Assembly (NCBI GenBank): GCA_951406725.2
Contig: OX597834.1
Coordinates: 3,224,001 to 3,288,000 of the forward strand
Reading direction: 5' to 3'
DNA from: Octopus vulgaris
Lineage: Eukaryota
DNA length: 64,000 bases
Below, piece by piece: positions 38,485 through 52,190 of this stretch. The notes beneath the pieces were generated by a model. That model was not told the DNA's origin and did not search any database. It was given only the letters and a program-made list of their open reading frames with translations. A program made the translations under genes and the position numbers. Position 1 is the stretch's first letter, and every line of letters starts with the position of its first letter.

Positions 38485-40224
38485 GTATTAAAAAAAAATT
38501 TAATAGAATCATACTTTTACGATTTCTACGTTTATTACTAACAATTAAGAAATGCCTTCCACGTTAATATGCCATATTAGTGTTGCATTTCAGTTCCAGT
38601 TTAATGCTTAGTATTCTTTAATAATTTTAAAACAAACTGAATAGTGAACAAAACAGACATTTTATGATATCTGCGCAAATTGTCGGCTAATACCGGAAAG
38701 TGGCGATTATAACCGAACAGTTCTTTAGTTGTTATCTTTAAACCTATGTAAAATAATTTTACTTTCACTTTGTGCCATTTTAGATGTACAATAATTGGAA
38801 GATGGCGAAACTTTTTTCAATTTGCATCAAATAAAAAATAATTATAATACACCAATGTGAGGGGGGTACTTTTTATTTCAGCGGTGCGAAAACACGCGAC
38901 TAATATATACCCCCCTGACATTAGTGAGTCTTTAATTATTTCACAACTTTTCGCAAAAAAGCGAATTATTTTTGTAATGTTTGTTTATTTCTATTTGTGT
39001 CTGTAATTCTTTATCGAAATGCCAAAATCCTCGATTGTTTATCGATTCCAGATATATTGGGAAACATCAGTGAAACAATGGTTAATTAAGTGCAGAAGAC
39101 TTTACTGAGAGATTTTTGGGGGTGTGGGGCCAGTCGATTAGATCGACCCCAGTACGCGACTGGTACTTGATTTAGCGACCCCGAAGGGACGAAAGGCAAA
39201 GTCGACCTCGGCGGAATTTGAACTCGGAACGTAATTTACAGAGAAATATTTCTTCTCCGCGGACAACATTCGAATTCCAAGCAGTCTTTTAATACTGAAT
39301 TGGAAATGAAAAACGGACGGAAATAATTCTAGGAATATAAAAACCGATGCCAGGGAAATACATCTTTTCTTTTCAGCCTGCTGAAGTAAAAGAATTATTG
39401 TATTTGGTGAAGGACGAAAACAGCGAGGATTCAGAATGGCCAAATCTACGTTTTTTAGACTCATTTACGTCTATAAGAAGGAAATGTGGATATATTTAAA
39501 GATTTAACTCTTCCAAAATAATTCTGTTGATTCCCTGCTGTTGTTGATAAACAATTAAGACGATCCAATTAGGGCTGATTGCTAATTAACTGCGGAAAGA
39601 AACAGCTGCAGCAATCTTTATTATATTGGTGTGAAAATCTAAACGAAGGTTTGTTGCAAAATATAGAAGTTGTGTCGAAGCTGTCTTTGTTGTGACGACT
39701 TGAATCTATTGTGACATCTTCGTCATTGGATCTCTGTTAAATATGTAAGTATCATTAACAGAAACAATATCTACATTGTATAGGTGGTGTCGTTTTTCTA
39801 CTTCATCTGCTTGTTTTGGTTTTGATGTGTTCAAAACTAAAGGAAAGAAAGTGAAGAAAGGTCGACTGTCGCATTTGTAATAGAAGTGAGTTGAAAAACT
39901 TGCTTTAGCCGACGTTGCCTCAATACTTTCCCTGTTTTCCTTTCCACTCTGCATTTCAATTATCGTTATCCCCCCCCCCCATATCTTAATACTAACGCAA
40001 AGAGAAAGTTCCTATTTCTTATTGTTTAGTCACCTTTTACCTTTATTTCTCGCACCTGAACTTTACAAACTTTTCTCCAACTTCGCTAAATTTGAAATGA
40101 TTTTGATGTTGCTAGTCAAAGATCCAAATTAATTTTCCACTCTACCACAGAGTCTGAAATCAGGGATAAAAAAATACTTAAACATATAAACAATGCTCTT
40201 GTGTAAAAGTCTCTCTCTCTCTCT

Positions 40225-40272
<48 letters not shown>

Positions 40273-42555
40273 TTGTCCCCCCCCCACACACACACACACA
40301 CCACTTGGTGTGTTTACATCAGCGAAACTTAGCAGTTCAGCAAAAGAGACCAATAGAATAAATATTAGGCTTTAAAAAAAAACAATAAAACTGGGATCGA
40401 TTCATTCAACTAAAAATATTTCAAAGTGATGCCCCAGTATGGTCGTGATAAACAAGTTGGCCGGATTAGTTTTCTTTGGCGTTTCAACCTAAGTTTGGCA
40501 AATGTTTATTCAAACCAATTTCTATTGTGGAGGCCATGGCTGGAACTGCTGCAAGTTTGCTCACAGGTGGCAGCCCTGCTAATTCTATATTTAAGCTGCT
40601 ACCACAGTTTGGTAACATTGGTAAAAGATGTGGACAGGCGGCTGTGATGAAAGAAACTTGGCCAAGAAGTGCACAATCTTGGACAGACCTGCATTGGAGG
40701 CTGTCAGTCAGACTTTCCATCTCAGAGATGATGCAAACATCATCAGAGAAGTCACCTATATCAAAGAATAGACCTGTTTCTAAGTAGACGGGAACATGCA
40801 ACTAAGAAGCTTATCTAGAGAGAGATGAAAGGAAACTTTTCCTCTTTCCACCAACCTCTCTCCAGTTTAGTTTGTAAAAGTTTATTTCACTTGTCGGCAC
40901 CCAATGGTCGGCTCCCAGATGACATTGCAAGTGAAGATAAAAACAAATTGTGGGGTAATCAATAACACATCTTAAGAAATGTTTTTAGAAGTTTATGCAA
41001 ACTTCTCGCAGGATTATAGAAACCATGAGGGATTATCCTGGTTTGTAAAACTGCCATTGTGCTGGACGTTCACATCATCATCATCATCATCATCCGATCG
41101 GTACCAGCACAACTGAAATGGTACAAATCGCTTCACATTGTTATTAACATTATCAATGCTGTCAATTCTCCAACAAAGTTCTTCAGGTCTGTTCACACCA
41201 TTGGTGCCTTTCTTCACAATCTGCATCTGAAAGTAGGAGCATCCATGTTGCTATGAAATTGGGATGCACCAAAACTGTGCAACTGTGTAAGACTCTCTCA
41301 AAATGTTTACACTCCAATCTCATCAAAGCCAGCATCGTGACTGGTTGTGTCAGTTTCACACCTCATGGAAAGCTTCAAAATTTAACTTCAGACATGTATC
41401 TGCACTATTATATATATGTGTGTGTGTGTGTATATGTATGTGTATATATATATGCATGTATGTATATATATATATATATATATATACTCATTACAGATAT
41501 AGGGTGAAATATAATTAATTTAATAAAATCAACAAATTTCACCTAGTAGTATTTCAGTATGGAAAAGGACCATATTCGGTAAAAATTTTTATAATTATAA
41601 TAATAAGAGTCTTACGATTCTAATCTAGAAACGTATGTCTATAATTAACCCATAATTAACTGAAGACTGTGTGATTTCATTATTTTTCTTCTATTTTTGC
41701 CATATGTGAGTTACAAATATTGTTGTCTGTGGAGACTTATTTTTGTAGTAAAAGAAATAGCAGTCCTTTGACTGCTATTTCTAAAATTTTCGGTATGTGG
41801 TTTAAGTAACTTGCTGCAAAAACCCTTATTATTATTATATATATATAGACGTATGTATCTGTGTATATGTAGAGAGATAGAAATACATACGACAGTGTTG
41901 TTTCAGTTCCCATCTCCCAAATTCCCTCAAGCTGGTGGTTAGCCCAAGACTACAGTTAAAGGGGCATTTGCAAGAGTATCCTCCTACTGCCCAGCATGTT
42001 CAACCTGAAACCATGTGATAGCACACACACACACACACATCTTTTAGGCTTGGAAAGGAATGGATGTTGTAGATGAGATCATTTGTTCAAGTAAATATTT
42101 ATCTCCTCAGTTTATCATTACAGAAGAAATGTTCGCTGTTGAATGTTTGCTTTTTAAGTCTCCTCTGCATTTTATATTTTGTTCTTTTTTCTTTCAGAAT
42201 ATCAAAGGACATTGACGTAAAAGAATATTATTTACCTGAGATCCATCAATATTTATCATCGTTTCAAGACAAATGGAAGATGTCTTACAGAACAAATGTA
42301 ACCATTCGTTATATAAATCTGTGGTAGAATTACTGTGAAATATTGACTCTGAGCTGAGATTATTTGCAAAGCAGCCATACAAGATGATTTTGCCTTTTAA
42401 ATAAATTTGGACAAAAATGGAGTTTGTGGTAGATTCAAATCTCGACAAAGACCACAGACAATGGAAGGAAATATAGCAGAAGAAATATTTGTTTGGAATG
42501 AAATAAACGAAGACAAAGAAAATCACCTGTAAATTGTGGTGAGAGACCAAAAATT

Positions 42556-43476
42556 ATGGAAATTGAATTCTTTGAGAACAATATTAAATGTGAAATGTCT
42601 AAACAGATTAATTTCACTGATGACGAAAAGAAAAAGGAAGAAAAACCATATCAGTGTGAAATCTGTGAAAAGGCTTTCTCGCAAAAACGTAACTTAACTA
42701 ATCACAAACGTATCCATAGAGATGAGAAACTGTATCAGTGTGATATTTGTGGTAAAACATTCTCTCAGGCTGGTTACTTGACTAAACACAGACATATGCA
42801 TACAGGGGAGAGGCCACACCATTGTGTTATCTGTGGTAAATCATTCTCGGGCAGTTGTGATTTAACTTCTCATATACGTATTCATACAGGAGAAAAACCA
42901 TATCATTGTGATATCTGTGGCAAATCCTTCTCCGAAAGTACTCATTTAACTAAACACAAACGTATTCATACGGGAGAGAAACCATATCACTGTAACATCT
43001 GTGGTAAATCATTCTCTGTAAGTAGTAACTTAACTCGACATAAACATGTCCACACAGGAGAGAAACCATATTGCTGTGATATCTGTGATAAATCATTCTC
43101 TCAGATAAGTCATTTAAGCAGACACAAACTTATTCATACAGGAGAGAAACCCTATCAGTGTGACATCTGTGGTAAATCATTCTCTGAAAGTAGTGCCATA
43201 ACTACGCACAAACGCATTCATACGGGAGAGAAACCATATCACTGTGAAATCTGTGGTAAATCCTTCTCCCTACGTAGTCACTTAACTGTTCACATACGCA
43301 TTCATACAGGAGAGAAACCATATCAGTGTGATATCTGTGAAAAGTCTTTCTCTCAAAAGGATCATTTGACTAAACACAAATGCATTCATACAGGAGAGAA
43401 ACCGTTTCATTGTCTTATCTGTGGTGAATCGTTCTCTGGAAGAAGTCAGTTAACCACACATGTATGTGGACAGTAG
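42556..43476 (+). CDS. Tandem C2H2 zinc-finger protein, 306 aa, 10 fingers
   Basis: Uninterrupted ORF with CxxC...HxxxH units and TGEKPY linkers; last finger ends HVC; upstream acceptor ttctttttctttcag ending at 42197. Confidence 0.95.
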   Translation: MEIEFFENNIKCEMSKQINFTDDEKKKEEKPYQCEICEKAFSQKRNLTNHKRIHRDEKLYQCDICGKTFSQAGYLTKHRHMHTGERPHHCVICGKSFSGSCDLTSHIRIHTGEKPYHCDICGKSFSESTHLTKHKRIHTGEKPYHCNICGKSFSVSSNLTRHKHVHTGEKPYCCDICDKSFSQISHLSRHKLIHTGEKPYQCDICGKSFSESSAITTHKRIHTGEKPYHCEICGKSFSLRSHLTVHIRIHTGEKPYQCDICEKSFSQKDHLTKHKCIHTGEKPFHCLICGESFSGRSQLTTHVCGQ

Positions 43477-44199
43477 CTGTGTCCAGGTTCAAATTCAAGT
43501 TGTGGCAAATACAGTGCAGCATGTGTACTCGTTAGTTTTTGTTGTAATAACATTAATAATGATGGTTGCTCCCATCGATTTTGATGTGTGAGTGTTTGAA
43601 TGAGAAGACTTAAGGATTGGGAGAAAAAAAAGTGGTAAAAGGACAAGAACAAAAGAAGCTGTATCTATTTACGATGGATGAGTGAATGTAATTTGAGGTC
43701 AGGAATGGATTTTGCTATGAAGTAACAATTGAGGCCTGGTGCAGCCATCTGGTTCACCAGTCCTCAGTCAAACCATCCAACCCATGCCAGCATGGAAAGC
43801 AGACATTAAACAACAACAATGATGATGATAACAAAAGGGGACACTGATAATTTTGATTTTCGCCTGGAATTGTTCTGTTTCTTCAACTCGGATTGTCCGA
43901 ATGCAGCATCATGACACATTTCACACTCTACAGATCAATCTAGGCAATAACTTTCCAAAGATGTCAAGTGAAGCCACACAGATTTTAGTGATTGCTTCAA
44001 CTTATCCGTATCTCTAAGGACAGGTCTTCCTTTACCACGATATCCCTCCATGTGGTGGCCATACAAAGGAATTTTCGGAATGCAAACATCTTTCATTCAA
44101 ACATATCTTTTACCCATCTGCACTGAATTCTCAGCAGCATGCCTTGGATACTTGAGACATGCACCGACCTTATTGGCATGCAAACAGGAACACAACATC

Positions 44200-45915
44200 T
44201 TCCACTCCAAAATTCCATATTACGAGAAAACGATACTGATGGACGATTTTAATGGCAGAATAGGCAACAAACACACAGCGTAGTCAGGAGTAATGGGAAA
44301 GCATGGAACGGCAACGATGGATGAGAGTTTACGATTGCTGTCTTTTTGTCAACAGTTTGGTTTTACAATTACAAACCTATTGTTTCAGCAGGCAGATAAA
44401 TATAAAAGCATCTGGAAGCATCCCCAATTTAGTAACCGGTACATGCTTGACTGTGTTCGAACAAAGAACAAGAATTGCAGTGATTTCAGATTAACCAGGA
44501 CTCACAAAACTCCTGAGTGTTACTCGGATCACAGAATGGTGCACAGGAATATAATAGATAATATAAATGCGCCCTTTTAAAGCCTAGCCAGGTTCTTGGA
44601 CCCGGTTTCCCAGTTTCAATAGCGTATGTTTTCCCCATCTGGACGGGACGCCAGTCCATCACAGCATTACTCATTTTTGCCAGCTGAGTGGACTGCAACG
44701 ACGTGAAATGAAGTGTTTTGCTCAAGCACACAATGCGTCGCCCGGTCCAGGAATCGAAACCACAATCTTACGATCATGATGCTGACACCCTAATCACTAA
44801 GCCAGGCGCCTCCACGGTGCACAGTAAGGTATTTGTTAAATACTAAGAGGTCACTGAGATTCAGTCTACATCTAAGAATAACTGTCTCTTCTTTAAAAAA
44901 TCCAGAAACAACGAGTTTTGATATGCATTTAAATTGAAACTTTGCAAAAATAGAGGAAAGCAACGGCCGTGAAGTTTTGTGGCAGAATGTTTGTAAGAGG
45001 ATCAAATCATCTGCCGAAGAAGCTCTAGGATTCATCAAATACAAACACCAAAATTCTGTTTGATGAGAATGATTCTCAAATGAAACGCCTCTTAGAAACT
45101 TTGCACAAGAGACAAGACTTGCACCTCAGACAACAATTCACTCAGATTCCTCTAAGAAAACTAAATGGGAAAAAAATTGTGTGAGATGAAAAATTCTTGG
45201 TGGGCAGAGAAAAGAAATGGCCAAGAATTGGAAGAGGCTGTTAAGTCTCACACTGTGAGAGCCCTGTATGGCAACCGGAAGGTGTATTTGACCCCCCAAA
45301 AGGTGGTACAGAATCTCTTCTTTCTAACAATGGAACAAAACTATTAAGTAGCAGAGATGAAATTCTGAGAAGATGGGCTGAACACTTTGAATCCATTAAT
45401 ATACATTATCTCAAGAATTCATTATTGATCCTGAAGTAATCAATGAAATCCTTCAGAAGCCTATAATTGAAGAACCTACAGAAGATCCTTCTTTGGAAGA
45501 GATAAGTACTGCCATTAAAAAACCTTTCCAGTGGTAAAGCTTCTCGACAAAACAACATCCCCATAGAAACATGGTGGTAGAGAACTTGTCAGAAAACTGA
45601 ACAACTAGATCTGTTTGATATGGGAAACTGGATTTGTTTCCTAACAGTTCAAAGATGCATCTCTAATGTACTTGGACAAAAGGGGAGGAAGAAGAGTGTG
45701 TGTGCAAAGCTGGGGAAATTCTTGGGAGAGTGATCCTTAATGGCATCAATAAGCATGTAATAAACAGCTTATATCCTGATTTCCAAAATGGATTTTGGGG
45801 CTGAGAGAGGCACAGTTGACATGATTTTTACCCTTTGGCAAGTTCAAGAGAAAGTACGTGAATAAAATACTAACTGCTACATGGCCTTTGTCAACTTGAG
45901 GCCCTTAATACTGTG
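44200..45915 (+). mobile_element. Decayed RTE-clade LINE ORF2 (endonuclease to start of RT)
   Basis: ILMDDFNGRIG, LRLLSFCQQFGFTITN, WKHP, SDHRMV, RRWAEHF, RGTVDMIFTLWQVQEK. Confidence 0.85.
44547..44815 (-). mobile_element. Family-C SINE inserted in the LINE with a 9-bp TSD
   Basis: ggtgcacag at 44538-44546 and 44816-44824. Confidence 0.85.
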
Positions 45916-46749
45916 AATTGTGAGACACTCCTTTACACATTCATTATACACCACACTACTTCACAGCTTCCACAGTTTTGAGTCCACGTTTTCCTCTCCA
46001 CAACCTACTTTCCACAAAACTGCTTTCAACACCAATACACCCACAGTTTATTGCAGTTTTAAAAATTCTACATCGCTTTCTCTTGAACTCCATTTCATGG
46101 CTTATACAAACACCTTTACCAGAGAACAGCTTCTGACAGAGACAGTTTACCATTATTCCTTAATTTAGCAATTTTCAGACTTCTAACATAGAGCTCAACC
46201 CCTCTCCTTCACAAATCAATTTTCTGCATGTTTTTCTTATTTTTGCTCCCCTTTATTATATATATGTGTGTATATGTATATATGGCTCAGTGGTTAGAGC
46301 GTCAAGCTTACGATCGTGAGGTTGTGAGCTCGAATCCCAGACCGGGCTGCGTGTTGTGTTCTTGAGCAAAGCACTTTATTTCACGTTGCTCCAGTTCACT
46401 CAGCTGTAGAAATGAGTTGCGACGTCACTGGTGCCAAGCTGTATCGACCTTTGTCTTTCCCTTGGATAACACTGGTGGCGTGGAGAGGGGAGGCCGGTAT
46501 GCATGGGCGACTACTGGTCTTCCATAAAACAACCTTGCCCAGACTTGTGCCTCAGAGGGTAACTTTCTAGGTGCAATCCCATGGTCATTCATGACCGAAG
46601 GGGGTCTTTATTCTTTTATATGTATATATACAAGTCTTATATGTTTCTTTATTTTATTGACTTCATTTTTTTTATTTATATAATTTGTATGCCACCCAGT
46701 TATATTGTACATTTATTTATTTATTACCACAGAAGGAATTATTATTATT

Positions 46750-47320
46750 AAGGCGGTGAGCTGGCAGAGTGGTTAGCACGTCAGGCGAAATGCTTAGCAG
46801 TATTTCGTCTGTCTTTACATTCTGAGTTCTAATCCTGCTGAGGTCAACTTTACCTTTCATCCTTTCAGGGTTGATAAATTAAGTATCAGCTGAGTACTGA
46901 GGTCAATCTAATCGACTGGCCCCCTCCCCCAAATTTCAGGCCTTGTGCCTATAATAGAAAGGTTTATTATTATTATTAAGGTGGTGAGCTGGCAGAATTG
47001 TTCACACACTCAATGAAATGCTTAGTAGTATTTCACTCATCTCTGAGTTCAAATTCCGCCAAGGTCACCTTTGCCTTTCATCCTTTTAGGATAGATAAAA
47101 AAAACCCAGTTGAGCTCTGGGGTGGATGTAATCAACCCCACCCCTGAACTTGCTGGCCTTGTGTCAGAATTTGAAGCCATTATTAACGCAGTGAGCTGGC
47201 AGAACAGTTTCCATGTCGGATAAAATGCTTAGCAGAAGTACCAGTTGTGTACTGGTGTCGATGTAATCAAATAGACCCCCATCCCCGATTTCATGGCTTT
47301 TTGCTTATATTAGAAAGCTT
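46750..47320 (+). mobile_element. Three head-to-tail family-A SINEs separated by (ATT)n
   Basis: gtgagctggcaga heads at ~46756, ~46984 and ~47191. Confidence 0.85.
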
Positions 47321-47339
47321 TATTATTATTATTATTATT

Positions 47340-50071
47340 GCTTTCAAAGCGGACGGACGTGTCTCCAGAAGCTGCGTAAGTTGTGCACCAATTTTATTGG
47401 AAATCCTGTTAAAAGTTTGAATATTTTTGCATATTTGTGTGGCCAAACCAACTAACTTCTTGCAGAGCTAGTTGGTTAAGCAAAATTTTACCTCATTGGG
47501 GGTAAAATTGCATTTTTGAACTTTGAAAATTGCTAAAAATTGTACAAACTTTTTTGAAAAAAATGGCTATGAAGAGACCCGTCGGCTGTTCCCTTCTACC
47601 AACACCACACCCTCCGCAAACACACACATCACCAAAAACGGTTCCCAACCGCCCACTTCGCGCCATAAAAGGCAACAAAAAATCTCCGAGCAAAGCTGTC
47701 AGCACGTGCAGCGTTTGAAATGAGAAAGAAAATCAGGACGTACCAGAGAGGGAGGAAGGGAAAGCTATGACTAACAAAGACACAACCATGAGCAAAAACA
47801 GTGAACAAAATTCTAACTGTTTTGCCTCCGCTGCGAAACAGGTTTCGGAGGAAATAAAAATTACAATACAAGACATAAAAAAAGCAAAGGTGTTATTGAG
47901 GAAAGAAGGCGATAGCATTTTCCTCAATACTTTGATGAAACAAATAAAAAACAGTCGCAAAATTTTCGACAAAAAATGTAAAAAAATTACAAACGCCACA
48001 CTACAACAACTGGAAATAGCTCTGAAGCTCATTTGGGGCCAAAAGAGCTATGTGACCAAGGGGAAGCGTTTTGGAACCGTAGAGGTTCGTTTCTAAACGG
48101 AGGAGGATGCAAGGGCACATGCCATTTCGCCCTTGCAAACCGAAAATTTGTTACTTGTCCCAACCTACCTGGGTCAGCGAGTAACGAAAATAAAAATCGA
48201 CCTCATCCCGCCCGAGCTCGATATATCTTGGCTGGTGGCAGCTGTCCTCTATGACATAGAGGACACTCCCACTATTCTGGATGTACGGAGAGTAAGGGAA
48301 AAGAACTGGTCAGGAATGGGAGTGCTGCTCCTGGCGCAGATTCAACAAGAAAACATCCATACCATTCCCAGATTCTATTAACTTGCCGGACGTTAACTTG
48401 CTGTGGAGGGGCGAAAGCCAAAATGTTACCTCTGCAGCAGCGAAAGCCACCTAAAAAGGGACTGCCACATTTACAAGAAAAGAATGGAGGCAGAAGGCAA
48501 GAGTCAGCAGCAGCAACAACAGCAGAAACACCAAAGGCTGTCACACTGCCTCCAGCCATCACCAAACCAACACCAACAAAGACCTCACAAAAAGAAGCAG
48601 CAACTCCGTCACCAACACCAACCACTACAGCAAACAATGACTTTTGACCTAATGTTGACCCGACAAATGTTCCCTTTCCGGATCAGGTAAGTTCAGATTG
48701 TATGAGCACTGATAGCGAGAAAGGGGAGTGGCAAACTGTGCCACCCAAAAAAAGAAGAAAGAAACAAAAAGACACACACAAAACACAGGGGAAGCAAGAA
48801 CTAATAGAGCTTCCTCAAATCAACAACAACACTTTCACCACCATTACTGCCACACACACCAACACACACAGACACCGTTACAGCTATAAACACAAAAAAA
48901 ATGAAGATCTTGTATCACACCTGAAACAAAACACAGACACTAATTACTCAGACTTCATCATACCGACACACAATACACCACCAGCACACATTCTGACAAT
49001 AAAAACGTATACAATGAAATAAAGGAGAAATTCCCTAACGATGTCGGGTCACTAGGAAAAAATTTCTCCCCAAAACTTTATAAAAACATCGTGGAAACAC
49101 CCGTGCAAAAGCACAAGGGACCTACCCCCACCACCAACAACAATAAGTAGAGCCTTTTTCTCTTTCTTTTTGTCACCTTTTGAAACATGGCAAAACTTAG
49201 AATCGGTTGCTTGAATGTGAGAGGCCTCGGGTCACCTGTTAAACGACCTGAAGTTTCACAGTGTGGATGTAGCAGCCATTAGTGAAACCAAGCTCTCTGA
49301 CCCACAGGAACTCGCAGCCCTTTTCGACGGATACAAGATCTTTCTATCTCCGTGTCGGCCGGGAGCAGGCAGTGGTGGTACTGCGGTGTTCTTTCGGAAG
49401 GACCTGGACTTGAAAATAAGGACAGTCTTCCTGGATCCTCAACGTAGACAGTAGTGACAGCGGTGCTTTCAGACTGCTGGCTGCCTACGCTCCGGCAGGA
49501 GCAGGGCAGTCGGATTATTTCAAACGTCTGGAAGTTTTCCTGGGAACATCACGCACTCTAGTGCTAGTTGGGGATTGGAACACTGTCTTAGACGAACGTT
49601 TTGATCGAGTGGGTATGGGAGCATCTGATAGGAGAGGGCCTCATCAACTTTTTCAAGTTTCACTTGAAAAGGAAGATGAGGTTAGAGAGGAGGGTGCTGT
49701 CTGATGGTAAATTTTCTGAAAGGTGGGTGAATTGTGCAAGAATGGCCAGTATAAATGGACCAATTCTGAAGTTTCGCCTGTAATTGAAAAAGGTATTATA
49801 AAAGGAGAAAGGGGCTCTCTACCCCTCTTTTGACTAGGCTCCCGCGGCTTTTATGGGTTTTTACACGTGAGACCTTTTCTTTTTCCGAAGGGTCTCCTCT
49901 TTTGGGAGTTTTGTAAATTGTTGAATTTTTTTTTTTGTTGTTTTAAAGCTTGTTTATACGGACTTTTTCTTTCGAAAAACGGACAAAATCTTTTGTAACC
50001 TTTCGCCCTGTTTTGTCCCTTTATCTTTTCCAATCATGTTTGTCAGCCCTTGTGGCCAATAAAAATAATCG
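47340..50071 (+). mobile_element. Tx1/L1-clade non-LTR retrotransposon, internally deleted, in (ATT)n
   Basis: Frameshifted ORF1 with CCHC knuckle CYLCSSESHLKRDC; ORF2 from 49187 IGCLNVRG..AISETKL..LVGDWN fused at ~49635 to the C-terminal LINFFKFHLKRKMR; aataaa end; (ATT)n on both flanks. Confidence 0.9.
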
Positions 50072-50270
50072 ATTATTATTATTATTATACACTACAAGCA
50101 TTTACTGTGATTCATTTATGTCCACATGTGAATGTATATAGGAGTTCATTTAATGTCTTATCGTTGCAATATGTATGTATAGTTATTATATTGTGTCTAT
50201 ATATGTACGTATGTGCATTTCTGTACATGCAGATGCGTTATGTAGCAATGCCTGGATATATTTAGATATA

Positions 50271-51361
50271 CAGGGTGTCCCAAAAAACTTGGCATCATTT
50301 GAGATGTCCATATCGGAGTGATTACACAGTCAAGAGAAATGAAACTTAATAGGTTTAATTTTGAACATAACGAATTTTATTCTTCAGATTTCCAACAGAA
50401 AAATTCTGTGAGATGATAATTTTATAATGTTCCAAAAGTTACCACTTTTGATGGCGCAGAACACATTCAATTTTGGTGAGTCCTGTTTTCAATTTTCTTC
50501 ACCCCAAATGCAAACATTTTGCTTTTCAGTTTGCCATTCATATGGAATGTGGCCTTGTCACTGAAAACAAGATGGTCTTCAAAGTCATCATCTTAAAACT
50601 TCTCTTGCAAATCTCCACAGAAAGTTTAACACTTTTGCTTGTAGACTGGCTTTGAAGTCTGCACAAGCTTAAGTTTGCAGGGGGTCAGCCACAACCGTTT
50701 TCTTACGACACCCCAAACAATTGACTTGGGGATCCAGGCTTGATCTTTGCACAGATTTCTTTGGACTCTGACTTGGCATTTCCCAAAGTTGGTTCGCTAT
50801 CTCTTCTGAAACTGCTGGCCTTCCAGTTCTGTTTTTGCAGCAAAAACAGCCTTCCTCTTGAAGCTTCTTATGCCACGTCCAAATATGCTTCCCTGTTGGT
50901 GCTTATTTATGAAATCTAACAAACACACATTGCACAGAGTTTGGGTCTATTTCAATACACAAAACAGCTTTTCTGTTGCAATAAACAGCATGTCTAATCC
51001 TGAAAAGCAAAACACACGAAGGATCATTTTTCAAAAATGTATTGAATTCTAGACATACTTGCTAAGATTTGCCACAATTTGGACGAATATTGTTCATGTT
51101 ATTAACCCTTTCATTACTGTATTTATTTTGAGATGCTCTGTGTTACTTTCAATTAATTTTAAATATAACAAAGAATTTAGTAAAATAACCTGGTTATTTA
51201 GTGTTAGGAACATAAATTGTGACAAAGGTTTGGTGAAAGACTTTAATTCAAAACTTATGAAAACAAAACATTTGTACTATAGAGCCAGAGGCGGTTTTAG
51301 CCGGGTTGGTATCGAAAGGGTTAAGATGATGAGATTCTGTGAAATTGTTTGGGACATCCCG
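50271..51361 (-). mobile_element. Decayed Tc1/mariner-type element
   Basis: TA-cagggtgtcccaaa ... tttgggacatcccg-TA; minus-strand ILFSVTRPHS (F.DE..F-like) relic. Confidence 0.7.
51106..51320. mobile_element. piggyBac-type MITE nested in the Tc1 element
   Basis: TTAA-ccctttcattac ... gtatcgaaaggg-TTAA. Confidence 0.85.
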
Positions 51362-51899
51362 TATATGTGCCAGTATATATGTTTGTGTTTGTCCACACTT
51401 CCATATACGAGTGTGTATGGTCTTAAACCAGTTCAAAGAAGGCTTTTTATTCAAACTTTATTTCTGCTCACCATCTAATCCGTTAATCACTGACGTCCAA
51501 CAATTAAGACACATTCTTTTATATTAAGTAAAGACAGCATCCATCTAGGAACGTCATTCAACTTTTCGTACTCAATACAAAAGAGATGTCCATGTTTTTT
51601 ACTTATTATTTACTGTTGTAGAAATGAATATATGACAGGATATTATAATTCATAGCAGTTATCTCTGCAGAGTGAAAAGTGAGTCACGGTGCATTCAGAA
51701 CGTAGAGTCCTTAAGAAAATAAGGGGTCTTAATTATTCGTTTTCTTATCTCTGTTTGTCCTTGAATAGTTGGCGTTTTGTTACGCGCATTATTCTCGATC
51801 AGGTATTCTTTGCAAGTGTTGTTACCTGTAATTAGTATTCTCATTCAGTTACCCTTTGCCAGTTGCTAATCTGCTTGTGCTTTCAGGTTAACAGTCCTT

Positions 51900-52190
51900 T
51901 CCATGGCACTATCGGCCACGAGAGGACTCCTCAGTAGAGCTAGCAACACAACTCCTTATGAGCGAACGTTGAAATTTTCAAGCTCATCGGCAGCGGGAAC
52001 CATTCTACCTGAATTCCTCCAGAATACCAGAAACACAAATACTGTATTGTTGACAGAAATATGGAGGAATTTACTTATAGAAAATGTTAAATTGTTGGGG
52101 ACCATTTTTCTCCACTTTGCATGCGTGGAACCGACGACCCCAACAGAAGCAACAAAGAAATGGAGCTCACAGTCATCTCAATTGTGAGGC
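51900..52190 (+). mobile_element. Possible Gypsy integrase C-terminal remnant
   Basis: ALSATRGLLSRASNTTPYER..F......G..LP resembles the post-catalytic R.......T..TP.E motif of Gypsy integrases. Confidence 0.45.

Noticed and set aside
46283-46350. tRNA-like sequence (tggctcagtggttagagc...tcgaatccc)
   Set aside because: It is the head of a SINE that continues into the family-C body; no complete cloverleaf
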